Origin: a virus
Strand: one strand, 5' to 3'
Length of the DNA stretch: 64,000 nt
IMG/VR virus record: IMGVR_UViG_3300011115_000650
Shown here piece after piece: positions 45,068 through 55,427 of the stretch. The notes under the pieces are model-generated. The model ran no database searches. It saw nothing but the letters and a program-made list of their open reading frames with translations, and was not told where the DNA came from. Made by a program: the position numbers and the translations under genes. How positions within the stretch are numbered: position 1 is the stretch's first letter; each line of letters begins with the position of its first letter.

Positions 45068-47926
45068 TTAGTTGATTATAAAGTATGCAAAGGTTGATGT
45101 ATCAGCTACGTTTGATGATGATACTGCAAATGAAGTACCGGCTGATTTAGCACCTATATATAATGCTCCTGGTGTTCCTCCTACTGTTTGAGTGGTTAGG
45201 TAAATTAATGAATTAGCTGTAACTGTTGTATTACTTACTGAAGTATTACCTGCTACTAAGGTTGCTGTACCTACTCTTGCAGCTGAACCTGTAGGCATTA
45301 GTAGAGAACCTGTTATTGTTATAGAGCTAGATACATTTAAACTACCCGATAGTCTAGTATTTCCTAGTACGTCTAGTTTAAATGTTGTAGTATTGTTTAG
45401 AGTAGGGTATCCTATGAAGGTACTTCCTGCCGATGTATTAAAAGCATTATTACCGTTAACATTTTCATAAGCAGTATGGTTATTAGCTGTGCCACCGCTA
45501 CCACTATAATAGTACCCCCATAGTCCATTTTGGTTAAATACTGGTATAACAGTCGGTGTGGCAGAAAAACACATTACCTGTTGTATATTTCGAACTCCTC
45601 TAATAGTAGGTGCACTAACTATATCTCTCCAATACCCATCAAGCAATCCTGCTCCTGACCCTGTTTGGATTGTTGGTGCTGAATATATGTTGGTATTATA
45701 AGTAGCTATTGCTGGACTTCCTAATACTTTATTTAACGTAGGTGTTATACTTAAAAATCTATTAATACTGTTATTACCAGCATTATTATCTGTAATTGTT
45801 CCTTCTAATGTTAATATACCCACAATATCACTGGAGGAAGTCATGCTAGCAGATACAAATATCCTAGCTCCATATTGAGCGTATGAACCTATTGCATCGC
45901 CGGGGAATACTCTATCAAATGTTGGGTTTACGTCTAAACCGTATACAGTACCCGCTGAACTTGATGGATGTAGAATAGGCTGTAACCAAACTCCTCTTAG
46001 AACTTCCTGTCCTGCAACTGGGCCTGAACCAGATATAGTTCCTAAGACATGTAAAGAAGCAGTAGGTGTAGTAGTACCTACACCAATCCTACTTAGTAGT
46101 GTAGTACCTAGTAGAGTATTACCGGTTGTTCTTGTTGTACCCTGTACATCTAATTTATATCCAGCAGACCCAGAGTTACCTAATACTAAAGAACCTGTTG
46201 CATCAAATGCACTATAAACTGTTCCTGAACTACTGACAAAATTTAATAAGTTACCTGTTTGTCCTTGTGTTGCGTTTATAGTTACCGGTACTACTTGGAC
46301 TTGGTTGTCTTTAGATTGGTTAAAGAAAGTAGCTCCATCACTATTTACTCTAATTCTTTCTAAAAATGGTGGACCACTTTGACCTGCTCCATTTACAAAT
46401 ATACTAAAATAACCTCTATCTGAAGTTCCGTCTTCTCTCCTTCCCGTTATAACTGCAAAATTTTGATTCAATTGTGCAGCATTTCCTCCTAATGCCAATA
46501 CTCCACCTGTACCCGAACCACTTGCCGCGGCATTATGTATTATTCTTAAAGCACCATTTGTTACAGTAGGTGTAGCAGAGGTTACATTCATGAGCGTATT
46601 ACCTGCTATCGTCGTACTACCTGTTATTGTTGTAGCTCCGTTAATTCTTGTTGTACCCTGTACGTCTAGTTTAAAACCAGCATCTACTGCTGTACCAATC
46701 TGAACGTTATTAGTTGAAGCAGTTACATTCAATGCTGTACCTACATTAAAAGAACCTACTATAGCAGCCGAACCAGTTATATTTAATGAACCAGTTACTC
46801 TATGTGTATCTGTTATAGCACTTCCTATAGTAACACCTGTACCTGTAACACTAAATTCAGTCATACTACCACTTAATACTGTAAATCCAGTTGGTGTAAC
46901 TGAAGCTGTAACTGAACCTGTTGCTATTCTTGTTATATCACCTATTATACCTGTTGAAGGTACTGTAGAAGCAAATGATGCACTCAATACCGACATTGAA
47001 CTAGTTTGGCTAGTCAAGACATATGGAGCTAACATTGAGCTAGTAACACTAGTTAAAACATAGTTAGGTGCGAAAGATGCTGTAGAAGCAAATGAAGCAG
47101 TACCGAATAGAGACCCTGTAAAATTTCCTGTAAATGAACCGCTAAAGGAGCCTGTATTCGATAGAAAAGTATCTACTCTTTGTGCTGTTAATATTAGCGA
47201 AGGAGTTCTTGGGTGAGTAGGATTTGTACCAGCTGCTATTGTTTCTAATGTAATATTGTTAGCAGTATCGGTATGCCAACAGAGTTGTATAAAATCATTA
47301 GCAGAAATATTTATATAATAATTCCAACTTGCTATATTCTGTCCATTTACTCCTCCTTTTTTAGCTGCAACTGTACATATTCCTGAAGAGTCTGGTATAT
47401 CGTTTACACTACCTATGTCATTTTTTCTTATCCAAACTACTACATCATGAGCTTGAGATGAATTAGCATTAGAAAATTGAGCTGAGAATTGTACATTGTA
47501 TACTCCAGCGTTTGTAAATTTTATTTTAGTATTATCTCCGTTTGAGCTACTAATGAATACCCCATTTGAAATATCCGTTGTACTTAAAGACATAGAATAT
47601 ATAGCGGTAGCAGATGCCGCTAATACTGAACCAGTATCGAAAAAACTACCATATGATCCAGTAGCTGTATTATATAAATTGGTACCAAATGAAGTAACAG
47701 TTACATCTCCTAAACCATTAACTGGTGATATGTTTACATTAGCTCCTGCTAGTATTTTTGTTACTCCTCCATTTGCTGCTACTGTAGCATACGAAGAAGT
47801 TGCAGCATAGGAAGCAGATATAGCGAATGAAGCAGAGGTAGCAAATGATGATGTTCCCTGTAAAGATCCACTAAATGAACCTGATAGGGGATATAATAAT
47901 TGATTGCTATGTATTAAATTTGGCAT
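45068..47926 (-). CDS. Tail fibre / receptor-binding protein
   Basis: 952 aa, S/T/G-rich; TASFA repeats; C1q/BclA-like domain; three (F/Y)KLDVxGxTR repeats; IGVGTTTP. Confidence 0.8.
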   Translation of the reverse strand: MPNLIHSNQLLYPLSGSFSGSLQGTSSFATSASFAISASYAATSSYATVAANGGVTKILAGANVNISPVNGLGDVTVTSFGTNLYNTATGSYGSFFDTGSVLAASATAIYSMSLSTTDISNGVFISSSNGDNTKIKFTNAGVYNVQFSAQFSNANSSQAHDVVVWIRKNDIGSVNDIPDSSGICTVAAKKGGVNGQNIASWNYYINISANDFIQLCWHTDTANNITLETIAAGTNPTHPRTPSLILTAQRVDTFLSNTGSFSGSFTGNFTGSLFGTASFASTASFAPNYVLTSVTSSMLAPYVLTSQTSSMSVLSASFASTVPSTGIIGDITRIATGSVTASVTPTGFTVLSGSMTEFSVTGTGVTIGSAITDTHRVTGSLNITGSAAIVGSFNVGTALNVTASTNNVQIGTAVDAGFKLDVQGTTRINGATTITGSTTIAGNTLMNVTSATPTVTNGALRIIHNAAASGSGTGGVLALGGNAAQLNQNFAVITGRREDGTSDRGYFSIFVNGAGQSGPPFLERIRVNSDGATFFNQSKDNQVQVVPVTINATQGQTGNLLNFVSSSGTVYSAFDATGSLVLGNSGSAGYKLDVQGTTRTTGNTLLGTTLLSRIGVGTTTPTASLHVLGTISGSGPVAGQEVLRGVWLQPILHPSSSAGTVYGLDVNPTFDRVFPGDAIGSYAQYGARIFVSASMTSSSDIVGILTLEGTITDNNAGNNSINRFLSITPTLNKVLGSPAIATYNTNIYSAPTIQTGSGAGLLDGYWRDIVSAPTIRGVRNIQQVMCFSATPTVIPVFNQNGLWGYYYSGSGGTANNHTAYENVNGNNAFNTSAGSTFIGYPTLNNTTTFKLDVLGNTRLSGSLNVSSSITITGSLLMPTGSAARVGTATLVAGNTSVSNTTVTANSLIYLTTQTVGGTPGALYIGAKSAGTSFAVSSSNVADTSTFAYFIIN

Positions 47927-47930
47927 GTTG

Positions 47931-49205
47931 TTATTGTAGTTTTCCTATTAATTCAAATGTATCTGATACTTCTAGATTATAACCTAATGTCGATGTATTA
48001 ACAGTTACCTCTATATTAGATCCTACTTGAATGATTGATGTAATGTACTCCTGTCCTACATACTGACCATTTCTATATAAAGCAAAATTAATTTTAGTAG
48101 TCGATGGTAGAGATGATCCTGCAGGTGGTTGAGTTATAGTGTAATTAGTAAATGTTATAACCGATGTAGTTGCACTATTTGATACTGCAGTATTGTTTGT
48201 ATTCAGATAAGTTAAATCACCTGTACTTCCTCCATTATTCACCGTTATATTATTAATAGTTACGTTGGTTGAATCACTTGAAACAATACCTGCTTGAGTT
48301 CTTCGTACAGGTTTTTTAAGATTGGCTGTAAATTGTTCACTAGATTCAGCAGTCTCTAAGCCAAATATAACTTGTGAGGTTGAGAAGATTCTATTTGAAC
48401 TCGCTATCTCTCTATTCAAACTATCTGGAATAATATATCCACTCATCACGATATTAAATGTACTCTTGACTGCTCTATCTTGACCGGCTTCTAAAGAAAC
48501 CTGAGTAGAATAAGAATCTATTCTTGCTCTAAACTGAAACTTACTTGGATCTCCCCAATATGAATCAGAGGCAAAGTTAATCATTTCAACTAGTTTATCC
48601 ATCTGTTCTACGAAGTCTGTGAAGATGATACAGCTATAGGTCAATGTTATATAATCAGGTGGAAATGCTACGATGTATTCTTTCTGAGGTACTCTATTGG
48701 TTAATAAAGAAAAGTTATCATAAATGTTCCTTCTATTGAATCTTCTCTGTACCAGTATCAAGTTGTTAACTTTATTACCATCTAGTTTATTACCTAAATC
48801 CCTGTTCCTATCTATACTATCTCTTTTAAACATAATGAGTGGGACCTGAATCTTACCTGCCGAATCTTTATAATAGCCATCGGCCTGTACTGATTTCCAT
48901 CTCTCTGGTGCACCGTAGATTATAGGTACTACATATCGTACGTTATTCTGTATAACTGTTGGTTTGATAACATTTTTAAAGTAGTACATCACCGCTTCAT
49001 CAATATCTTTAATACCGACAGATACGTTGATGTCTTTGTCCTTCTTTTCTGAAATTTCGTATGCTCTATTGAATTCTGGTTGACCAGGTCTAACTGTTTT
49101 TGAGTACACATCATTAGGATTACCTATGGTTTGATCATAGGGTTCAACGAGATTGTCCATCATCTCTCGTCTATTCTCCGGGCGTGGTTTAGATTGGTTT
49201 GCCAT
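47931..49205 (-). CDS. Tail terminator / sheath stabiliser (gp15-like) with C-terminal extension
   Basis: VPIIYGAPERW, PLIMFKR, PDYITLTY; position after the neck genes. Confidence 0.65.
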   Translation of the reverse strand: MANQSKPRPENRREMMDNLVEPYDQTIGNPNDVYSKTVRPGQPEFNRAYEISEKKDKDINVSVGIKDIDEAVMYYFKNVIKPTVIQNNVRYVVPIIYGAPERWKSVQADGYYKDSAGKIQVPLIMFKRDSIDRNRDLGNKLDGNKVNNLILVQRRFNRRNIYDNFSLLTNRVPQKEYIVAFPPDYITLTYSCIIFTDFVEQMDKLVEMINFASDSYWGDPSKFQFRARIDSYSTQVSLEAGQDRAVKSTFNIVMSGYIIPDSLNREIASSNRIFSTSQVIFGLETAESSEQFTANLKKPVRRTQAGIVSSDSTNVTINNITVNNGGSTGDLTYLNTNNTAVSNSATTSVITFTNYTITQPPAGSSLPSTTKINFALYRNGQYVGQEYITSIIQVGSNIEVTVNTSTLGYNLEVSDTFELIGKLQ

Positions 49206-49218
49206 ATTGGTTTATAGT

Positions 49219-49716
49219 TTAGCTTATAGGTATAACCGGTAGAATATTTAGTCTGTTTCCACGTGTTAGATGTGTATTTAGTACGATGGAGAAGTTATTA
49301 CCAAAGTTATCTAATCCATTTGAGTATGCGTATTGATTGTCTTTACCCAACACTAATTGGTTGTTGTTAACGTTATCTACTTCGTAGTATAGTTCATTAT
49401 ACATTATAATATCCCCTACTTCCGGTACAGTATTAGCATCTATCATATCATCTCTCAAGAATCTAAATGTAGCATCACGTGTTGTACTGACCCCAAAGTC
49501 ATCTGCTGGAGCATTAAAGTCTCCTCTTTCGATTAGGCAGTTAAATAATGTAGGACCTACGTAACTCTTCGATAGAGCCTCTCCATAAATATTTGCAACC
49601 GTGTCTTGGAGACTTAGTTTATAGTAACCTATTTGTTGAGTTACTACATCGTTTACTAACTCCTTTGAGATTATTTTGAATGTATCGATATCGTTTATGC
49701 TACCAAAGATTGCCAT
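49219..49716 (-). CDS. Neck / head-closure protein (gp14-like)
   Basis: NIYGEA, PEVGDII..YYEV; position. Confidence 0.7.
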   Translation of the reverse strand: MAIFGSINDIDTFKIISKELVNDVVTQQIGYYKLSLQDTVANIYGEALSKSYVGPTLFNCLIERGDFNAPADDFGVSTTRDATFRFLRDDMIDANTVPEVGDIIMYNELYYEVDNVNNNQLVLGKDNQYAYSNGLDNFGNNFSIVLNTHLTRGNRLNILPVIPIS

Positions 49717-49718
49717 AA

Positions 49719-50885
49719 TTATCCTATATATATTTGTAAAGGTATATTATCAAATGTAGACTTCATAGCTAAATTCTCTGCTTGCTTTCTTTCAAGTTGC
49801 TTTTGACGAGTGGTCTCATCTAAATCTCCTCTAAGTTTTTCAAGTAAAGCTGCTTTTTCTGCTCTAGCATCTGATAATAAATCCGATTGATTTAATGTTG
49901 TTTCAGCTCCCGGTATCTGTACTGTCGTATATTTTCCTCTGATATAGCCTAGCATCTCTTTGGCTAGGGCTGCCGTGTATTCAAAGATCCAGTATCTACC
50001 CGGTGCATTGATCTGTGTATAGGTTGGGTTACCGTAAGGTACATTACCCATATTTGAAACTAGGTTAGTTGATCCAGAGTATGGTCCATTGGCTGGATTA
50101 GCTCCTTCAGATCTCTTAGTGTACTGTATTGCAATATATCCTCCCATCGACCCCGGGGTAGGTAATATGGTTAGTTTATTATTAACTAATTCAAATGAGT
50201 ATTGAGATCTTCTAACGTAGTCAGACATTTCAATAGCTTGTATTCTTTCTAGATCCCAATATAAAGGGAACATCATATAAGAAACTGCCGGTGAATAAGA
50301 GCCCCATCCAAATGTTTCAAGTAGACCTTGATAGTTAAATCCTGAACCTAGATAAGGGTCAAAGTATCTTACTATCGCTGGACTCTGTTGATAGAATACT
50401 CTCCTTACAACGATTGAATCTCCAGGTTCTACTATACCTGAAGACGATGCCCAGGCCGTTAGATCGACTATAGATTGATTGGGTTCTAACTTAACCGAAC
50501 CTGTATACCAGGTCTCAAATCCTCCAGCCCCTATTTCTACTCCATACAAACTATCAGCTATAGTGACGATTGCGTTTAAGCTTGGGGTTATCACAGTATT
50601 ATTCAAATTTGAACCAGTCTTACTACCCTCAAGAGATAAGTAATTGTCCCTTATCTTAAAGAGGTATAGCTCATTACCGTAAGTCGTTACTGCGTCTTCA
50701 AAACAGGTATAGATATTCTGATCCTGTAGTTCGACATCCATAATAGGATAGCCTAGCTTACGGGCAACAAAATTTGCTACCTTTGGTCCATCTACCTGAT
50801 ACTGTGCATCTAGGTCATAGAATCCAAAAGGAGTTGAACCTGAGATAGGACCTGGTGATCCGTTATATATTGCTTTATTAGCCAT
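49719..50885 (-). CDS. Neck / head-tail adaptor (gp13-like)
   Basis: RKLGYPIMDVEL, YTAALAKEMLG.IRGKY, TLN..DL. Confidence 0.8.
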   Translation of the reverse strand: MANKAIYNGSPGPISGSTPFGFYDLDAQYQVDGPKVANFVARKLGYPIMDVELQDQNIYTCFEDAVTTYGNELYLFKIRDNYLSLEGSKTGSNLNNTVITPSLNAIVTIADSLYGVEIGAGGFETWYTGSVKLEPNQSIVDLTAWASSSGIVEPGDSIVVRRVFYQQSPAIVRYFDPYLGSGFNYQGLLETFGWGSYSPAVSYMMFPLYWDLERIQAIEMSDYVRRSQYSFELVNNKLTILPTPGSMGGYIAIQYTKRSEGANPANGPYSGSTNLVSNMGNVPYGNPTYTQINAPGRYWIFEYTAALAKEMLGYIRGKYTTVQIPGAETTLNQSDLLSDARAEKAALLEKLRGDLDETTRQKQLERKQAENLAMKSTFDNIPLQIYIG

Positions 50886-50888
50886 TTT

Positions 50889-51551
50889 TTAGTCTCTTAA
50901 TTGTTTGTATATGTTTAGAATCGGTTCGATGATTGGATGACGATGATTGGTCTTCAAATGCATCGAAGCCACTCCTTCTACCTGTCCTGCAATCGCTTTA
51001 TTGAAAAAGAATAAACCCGATTCTTTTTTGTTTTTTAGATCTATTTGAGATACATCTCCAGAGATTACCATTTTAGACCCTACACAAAGTCTTCCTATGA
51101 TTAATTCTAATTGACTATCGGTTATGTTCTGTGCTTCATCTAGGATAACAAAACTATCTGAAAAGTTTCTACCTCTCATAAAAGCAATCGGAACTACTTC
51201 TATAATACCTTCTGATATTAGTGTGTCAACTTTCTCTTTATTGTAGAGCCTATATAGGTTATCGAATACTGGAGCAATAAAAGGATCTAGTTTATCTTTC
51301 ATACTTCCGGGTAGAAAGCCTATTTCTTCTTTAGCTGTTACAACTGGTCTAGCTACTACAATCTTCTCAACCTCGCCTGTAAATAAAGCATCTAGGGCTG
51401 CTTGACAAGCTACTAAGGTTTTACCCGATCCTGCCTGTCCGGTTAGGATTGTGATTGTGTTGTTAACTATTAATGTCTTAGCTTCTTTTTGTTCTTCGTT
51501 TAAAGAAATTTGAAACTTGATAGGGTTCTTAGGTTTACGCTTTGTATTCAT
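50889..51551 (-). CDS. phoH: PhoH-family ATPase
   Basis: GQAGSGKT, RP.V...IGFLPG, AFMRGRNF, DEAQN, GDVSQIDL, HRHP. Confidence 0.95.
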   Translation of the reverse strand: MNTKRKPKNPIKFQISLNEEQKEAKTLIVNNTITILTGQAGSGKTLVACQAALDALFTGEVEKIVVARPVVTAKEEIGFLPGSMKDKLDPFIAPVFDNLYRLYNKEKVDTLISEGIIEVVPIAFMRGRNFSDSFVILDEAQNITDSQLELIIGRLCVGSKMVISGDVSQIDLKNKKESGLFFFNKAIAGQVEGVASMHLKTNHRHPIIEPILNIYKQLRD

Positions 51552-51602
51552 ACAACACTCTATGATTTATTATAAATAGTTTAGATCTTAAGTATATAAC
51601 AT

Positions 51603-51639
51603 AAAAAAGCCGGCTGTTAAAGGCCGGCTCTTTATTTTT
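51603..51639. terminator. Intrinsic terminator after the major capsid gene
   Basis: AAAAAAGCCGGC-TGTTAAAG-GCCGGCTCTTT. Confidence 0.8.
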
Positions 51640-51657
51640 ATTTACTTTCCTCAATTA

Positions 51658-53361
51658 TTAAACTACTTGAAGATCTGCTACCCAAACCTTACCGTAGTAT
51701 TCTGGTCTGATCATTTTCTTAGCATATCTTGTCATAATCCCTTTTCTTGGAGTAAATGTGTTCGGATCGTACACTAATGGAGTCATGATTAATGGAATGT
51801 AAGGGGCATAAACAGCACCACACTCTAAGAATTGATTACCTCTGAAGCCCATTAAGATAGTGTTCTCAATCATATAAGGGTTCTTATATACTTTGTAACG
51901 GCTATTTAATTGACCTACTTTCTGTACACCGAATGCATACTTCATTGTATCTGCTGCACCGTCTGTATCAGCTGCAAATCCTGGAATAGATTCTAAGATT
52001 GTAGCTACAGTTGGAGAAACAACCATAAAGTTAGCACCACCTCTCAAAGTTCTTTGGTGGATTAAGTTAGATATCTTTTGTAATTTGATACCTAAAGTTT
52101 GGAACCAAGTCATTTGTGTGTAGTAAACACCTGCTGTATTACTTGTGAAAGCAGTACCTGCAGCGTTTAATTGATTACCAACCTGAGCTGACCAAGCAGT
52201 TGTGTTAGAAGTTGGAACGTTCTCAATTAACATATCTAAGATCTCTAAGTCAATCTCTAAAGAGATATACTCTGATAACATAGAAGTTAATTCAGCTTCC
52301 GCATCTAATGAATGGTAAGCATTCAAATCTTGTGCAAATTCTGGAGTCCATTGTGCTTTCAACTTACGAGTCTTAGCAGCAATAGCTTCTGATCTCATCT
52401 GAACGTTAACCTCTGGTATAGAGATTGTAGTTGCTGATTGAGCGTTTGGTATAGAGAATGCACTAGTTGCACCTTGTGGATCTTCAAAATCACCACGTGT
52501 AGCAAATCCAGTTGCTTTTTCAAAGAAGATTGTGTAAGAACCTGAAGTAGCAATCTGTGCTGATGAAGCAGAGATGAAGAAGTTAATTGTTGTACCGTTA
52601 GTAGTTGTTAACTCTTGGATATTAGTAGCTGTTGTAACGTTAGAACCTGAAGTTACAACGAAAGCACGTACGTTATTAGCATCAAAGCTTGAAAGTAAAG
52701 TACTAGCATTAGTAACAACTAATTTCTTAATCTCACCTGCTGTTTGTGAAGCAGAATATGCAGCACTGTAGTTAACATCAGAGAATGAAGCTGTAGCTAC
52801 ATAATTACCTGTAGTACCGCTACCTGAGATGTTAGTTGAAGCAGAGAATTGGTTGATTGAGTAACCGAATCTACCGGCACCGTATAAACCTTGTGCAGCA
52901 GCGTTACCAAATCCTGAATCACCTTGGATTGATTGCTGACCGAATAAAGATCCAGAAGCTGAACCAGTTTGGAAAGGTTGTACACCGTTAGTTCCATATT
53001 GGAAATCTAAGTAGAATACTAAACCAGCAGGTAAGTTCATTGGTTGAACTGAAACGAACTCTTTTGAAGAGATTTGACCGAAGATCTTACGAACTAACGG
53101 TAAAGCTACTCCAGCCCATTGCTCACCAGTACCTGTAGTAAAGTTAGCACCTGAAGTTGTTCCACCGCCTGTAAGTGAAGATTCAACTACTAATTGTTTT
53201 GCTTGGTTTTCAAGCATCATAGACATGTTCTTTCTATGATATCCGTCTAGACCTTCAAGTAAGCCTGATTTAGCCCACTTTCTGCTTAGTCTTTCGGCAT
53301 CTGATTGCACTGATTGGTACGGGTTCGCCGACTCTAACAGTGATTGAATTGTGTTTGCCAT
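51658..53361 (-). CDS. Major capsid protein (T4 gp23-like)
   Basis: LPLVRK, VQPMNLPAGLVFYL, AKTRKLKAQWTPEFAQDL, EIDLEI, YAPYIPL, PRKGIMTRYA. Confidence 0.95.
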   Translation of the reverse strand: MANTIQSLLESANPYQSVQSDAERLSRKWAKSGLLEGLDGYHRKNMSMMLENQAKQLVVESSLTGGGTTSGANFTTGTGEQWAGVALPLVRKIFGQISSKEFVSVQPMNLPAGLVFYLDFQYGTNGVQPFQTGSASGSLFGQQSIQGDSGFGNAAAQGLYGAGRFGYSINQFSASTNISGSGTTGNYVATASFSDVNYSAAYSASQTAGEIKKLVVTNASTLLSSFDANNVRAFVVTSGSNVTTATNIQELTTTNGTTINFFISASSAQIATSGSYTIFFEKATGFATRGDFEDPQGATSAFSIPNAQSATTISIPEVNVQMRSEAIAAKTRKLKAQWTPEFAQDLNAYHSLDAEAELTSMLSEYISLEIDLEILDMLIENVPTSNTTAWSAQVGNQLNAAGTAFTSNTAGVYYTQMTWFQTLGIKLQKISNLIHQRTLRGGANFMVVSPTVATILESIPGFAADTDGAADTMKYAFGVQKVGQLNSRYKVYKNPYMIENTILMGFRGNQFLECGAVYAPYIPLIMTPLVYDPNTFTPRKGIMTRYAKKMIRPEYYGKVWVADLQVV

Positions 53362-53385
53362 TTTTTAATTTGGGTTTTTGTTTTT

Positions 53386-54615
53386 TTAAATATTTGGTTT
53401 TTTGATACCAGCTAATTGCTGCATACGGTAAACATATGAATCAGCTTCTACGATTGGTCTAGCTGGAGCTGAACCAATTGGTTTTGATGCAAAGCCTAGA
53501 GACTCTTTAAGTTGTCCTTTTGTTACAGGAGCATTAACTTGTAAAGAATCTTTTAATGTTGCGTAAATGTTTTTTGCTTCGTTGATAGTTGTTGCTCTAT
53601 CAAAAGCAGCTAGAACTTTTACTTTCTGACCTTCATTTAGGTTTTTTGCTTTATATAACTTATTAACGTAAAGTAATTTAGCGTTTAGAAGATTAAGTTC
53701 GTTTAATTGAGCTTTTAAAACGTGTATCGTCCTAATAGCCTCTTTTAAATCTTCTTTCTCTTTCTTTTCGTCTTCTTTCTTCTTGTCTTCTTTTTTCTTG
53801 TCGTCTTTCTTCATAACCATTTTCTTTTTGCCTTCCATAAGACCGATCTCTGCTAAGATTTCATCTAAAGAGATAGTTTCGTCGCCTTCTTCGTCAGCTG
53901 TTACTGTCATATCTTCGCCACCTTCTAGGTCTTCTTCACCACCTTCTTCAGGTTGTGTTTTACCGCCCATTACGTCTGCTACGATATCACGAACTAAGTT
54001 TTTAAACTCTTCAACTGATAATTCAGCTACTTCACCTTCTGCTTCTTCTGTTGCTTCTTCTGCATCATCTGCTTCTTCAGCATCTTTGTCATCGTCTTTT
54101 TTAGCTTCTGATTTAACAGCTTTACTATAGCCATGATCTCCACCTCTTGTCTTATCAGACTGAGGTTCTTTCTTGTCTATTTTTACAGCTGTATAACCTG
54201 CTACGTGACCTTCTTCAAGAGCATCTCCATCGTCTAAGTCGTCTACTGCATCCTCGTAATCATCTTCAAGACCTTCCTCTAATTCTAGCTCAGCTAGGAT
54301 TTCGTCTAGAGTCATTTCTTCTAAATCTGTTCCGTCTGGATCAGTCATTTTGTCGCTATTAGACTGTTGAACGTCAACTGAAGGCTTTTGTTGACCCATT
54401 TCATAACCATGTTCATCTTCGATACCTTCTCTCTCCATATCTTCTTGCATGTCATCGTATCCTTCATCTTCCATCTCTGAAAGTTTAAGGCGGAACATCT
54501 CTTGAATCTTTGGAGCAAATGTTTCTTCGATTTGTTGTTTTGCGTTAGCTAAAGAAATTTCTTTCAGTGCTTTGGCATCGGCAATCGCTTGCTCGAATAA
54601 ATCTTTGTTTGCCAT
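53386..54615 (-). CDS. Prohead core / scaffold protein
   Basis: Acidic coiled coil; AIADAK, LNELNLLNAKLLY; C-terminal RMQQLAGI; between protease and capsid genes. Confidence 0.8.
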   Translation of the reverse strand: MANKDLFEQAIADAKALKEISLANAKQQIEETFAPKIQEMFRLKLSEMEDEGYDDMQEDMEREGIEDEHGYEMGQQKPSVDVQQSNSDKMTDPDGTDLEEMTLDEILAELELEEGLEDDYEDAVDDLDDGDALEEGHVAGYTAVKIDKKEPQSDKTRGGDHGYSKAVKSEAKKDDDKDAEEADDAEEATEEAEGEVAELSVEEFKNLVRDIVADVMGGKTQPEEGGEEDLEGGEDMTVTADEEGDETISLDEILAEIGLMEGKKKMVMKKDDKKKEDKKKEDEKKEKEDLKEAIRTIHVLKAQLNELNLLNAKLLYVNKLYKAKNLNEGQKVKVLAAFDRATTINEAKNIYATLKDSLQVNAPVTKGQLKESLGFASKPIGSAPARPIVEADSYVYRMQQLAGIKKPNI

Positions 54616-54642
54616 TTTTGTTAATTGTTTTTTGGACTTCTG

Positions 54643-54727
54643 ATTGCTTATTGGGGTTGGGGAAGCAATATAGTGAATTGTAAATTCGTTTAATACCGTA
54701 TTGGGACGGCATATATAATCATAAATA
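54643..54727 (-). promoter_or_regulatory. Late promoter plus structured 5' leader of the scaffold-capsid operon
   Basis: TATTTAT at 54721; hairpins GCCGT-CCCAAT-ACGGT, GAATT-TAC-AATTC, ATTGCTT-CCCCAACCCCAAT-AAGCAAT. Confidence 0.6.
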
Positions 54728-54748
54728 TGTCACTTCTTTTGTAAACAC

Positions 54749-54780
54749 AAAAAAAGTTCGTATTTTTTACGAACTCTTTC
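54749..54780. terminator. Intrinsic terminator after the prohead protease gene
   Basis: A-run GTTCGTA-TTTTT-TACGAAC T-rich. Confidence 0.7.
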
Positions 54781-54803
54781 TTTTATTGTATTGTGGTTTT
54801 GCT

Positions 54804-55427
54804 TTATTTTAGACAGCAGATACCTGTTTGAGTACAGATCAACTCTCCTATTATCTGATTGGCTTTCCTGTATGGTGATTCAAATACCGGGTTATAACCT
54901 TCGTTTAATCCTCCTACCGGTTTAACAAATGCTCCATAGGTTGAAGGTGTTGATACGAAATCCCAACATATTAATTCTAAGTCATCCTCTACCTGTACCA
55001 GGCCTTCTCCTAGTGGAGTAACCGATCCCATCGCTCTAGAACTTACACCAACATTGATGTTGTTCATAAATAATTCTTTTAGGATATTACCTGATGGTGT
55101 TGCTAGGATTTCGAATTCTCCATATAAGTCATCACCCTCCCACCATAACCTAGTCATATTATGACATACGTTCTTAAGATTGATAATACCCGTTTCAGGG
55201 TGATCTAACTCTCCTAAAGCTCTCTTCTCGGCCACCGGTCCTGATATATAGCTAGCTACCTCTCTTCTCAAAGAAGGTCCATAGACTCTCTTATTGGCAT
55301 TAGGTTTACCTTCAGACTGTATCTTTCCAGATACAATTAAATTCTTGCTTGGATTAAACCTTGCTTCATTTAATTGAGTGGGTTGAGGTTGGAAGGTTAG
55401 GTATTCTATTAAGACTTGTTTACTCAT
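54804..55427 (-). CDS. Prohead protease (T4 gp21-like)
   Basis: NANKRVY, ALGELDHP, GVSSRAMGS, WDFVSTPST. Confidence 0.93.
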   Translation of the reverse strand: MSKQVLIEYLTFQPQPTQLNEARFNPSKNLIVSGKIQSEGKPNANKRVYGPSLRREVASYISGPVAEKRALGELDHPETGIINLKNVCHNMTRLWWEGDDLYGEFEILATPSGNILKELFMNNINVGVSSRAMGSVTPLGEGLVQVEDDLELICWDFVSTPSTYGAFVKPVGGLNEGYNPVFESPYRKANQIIGELICTQTGICCLK

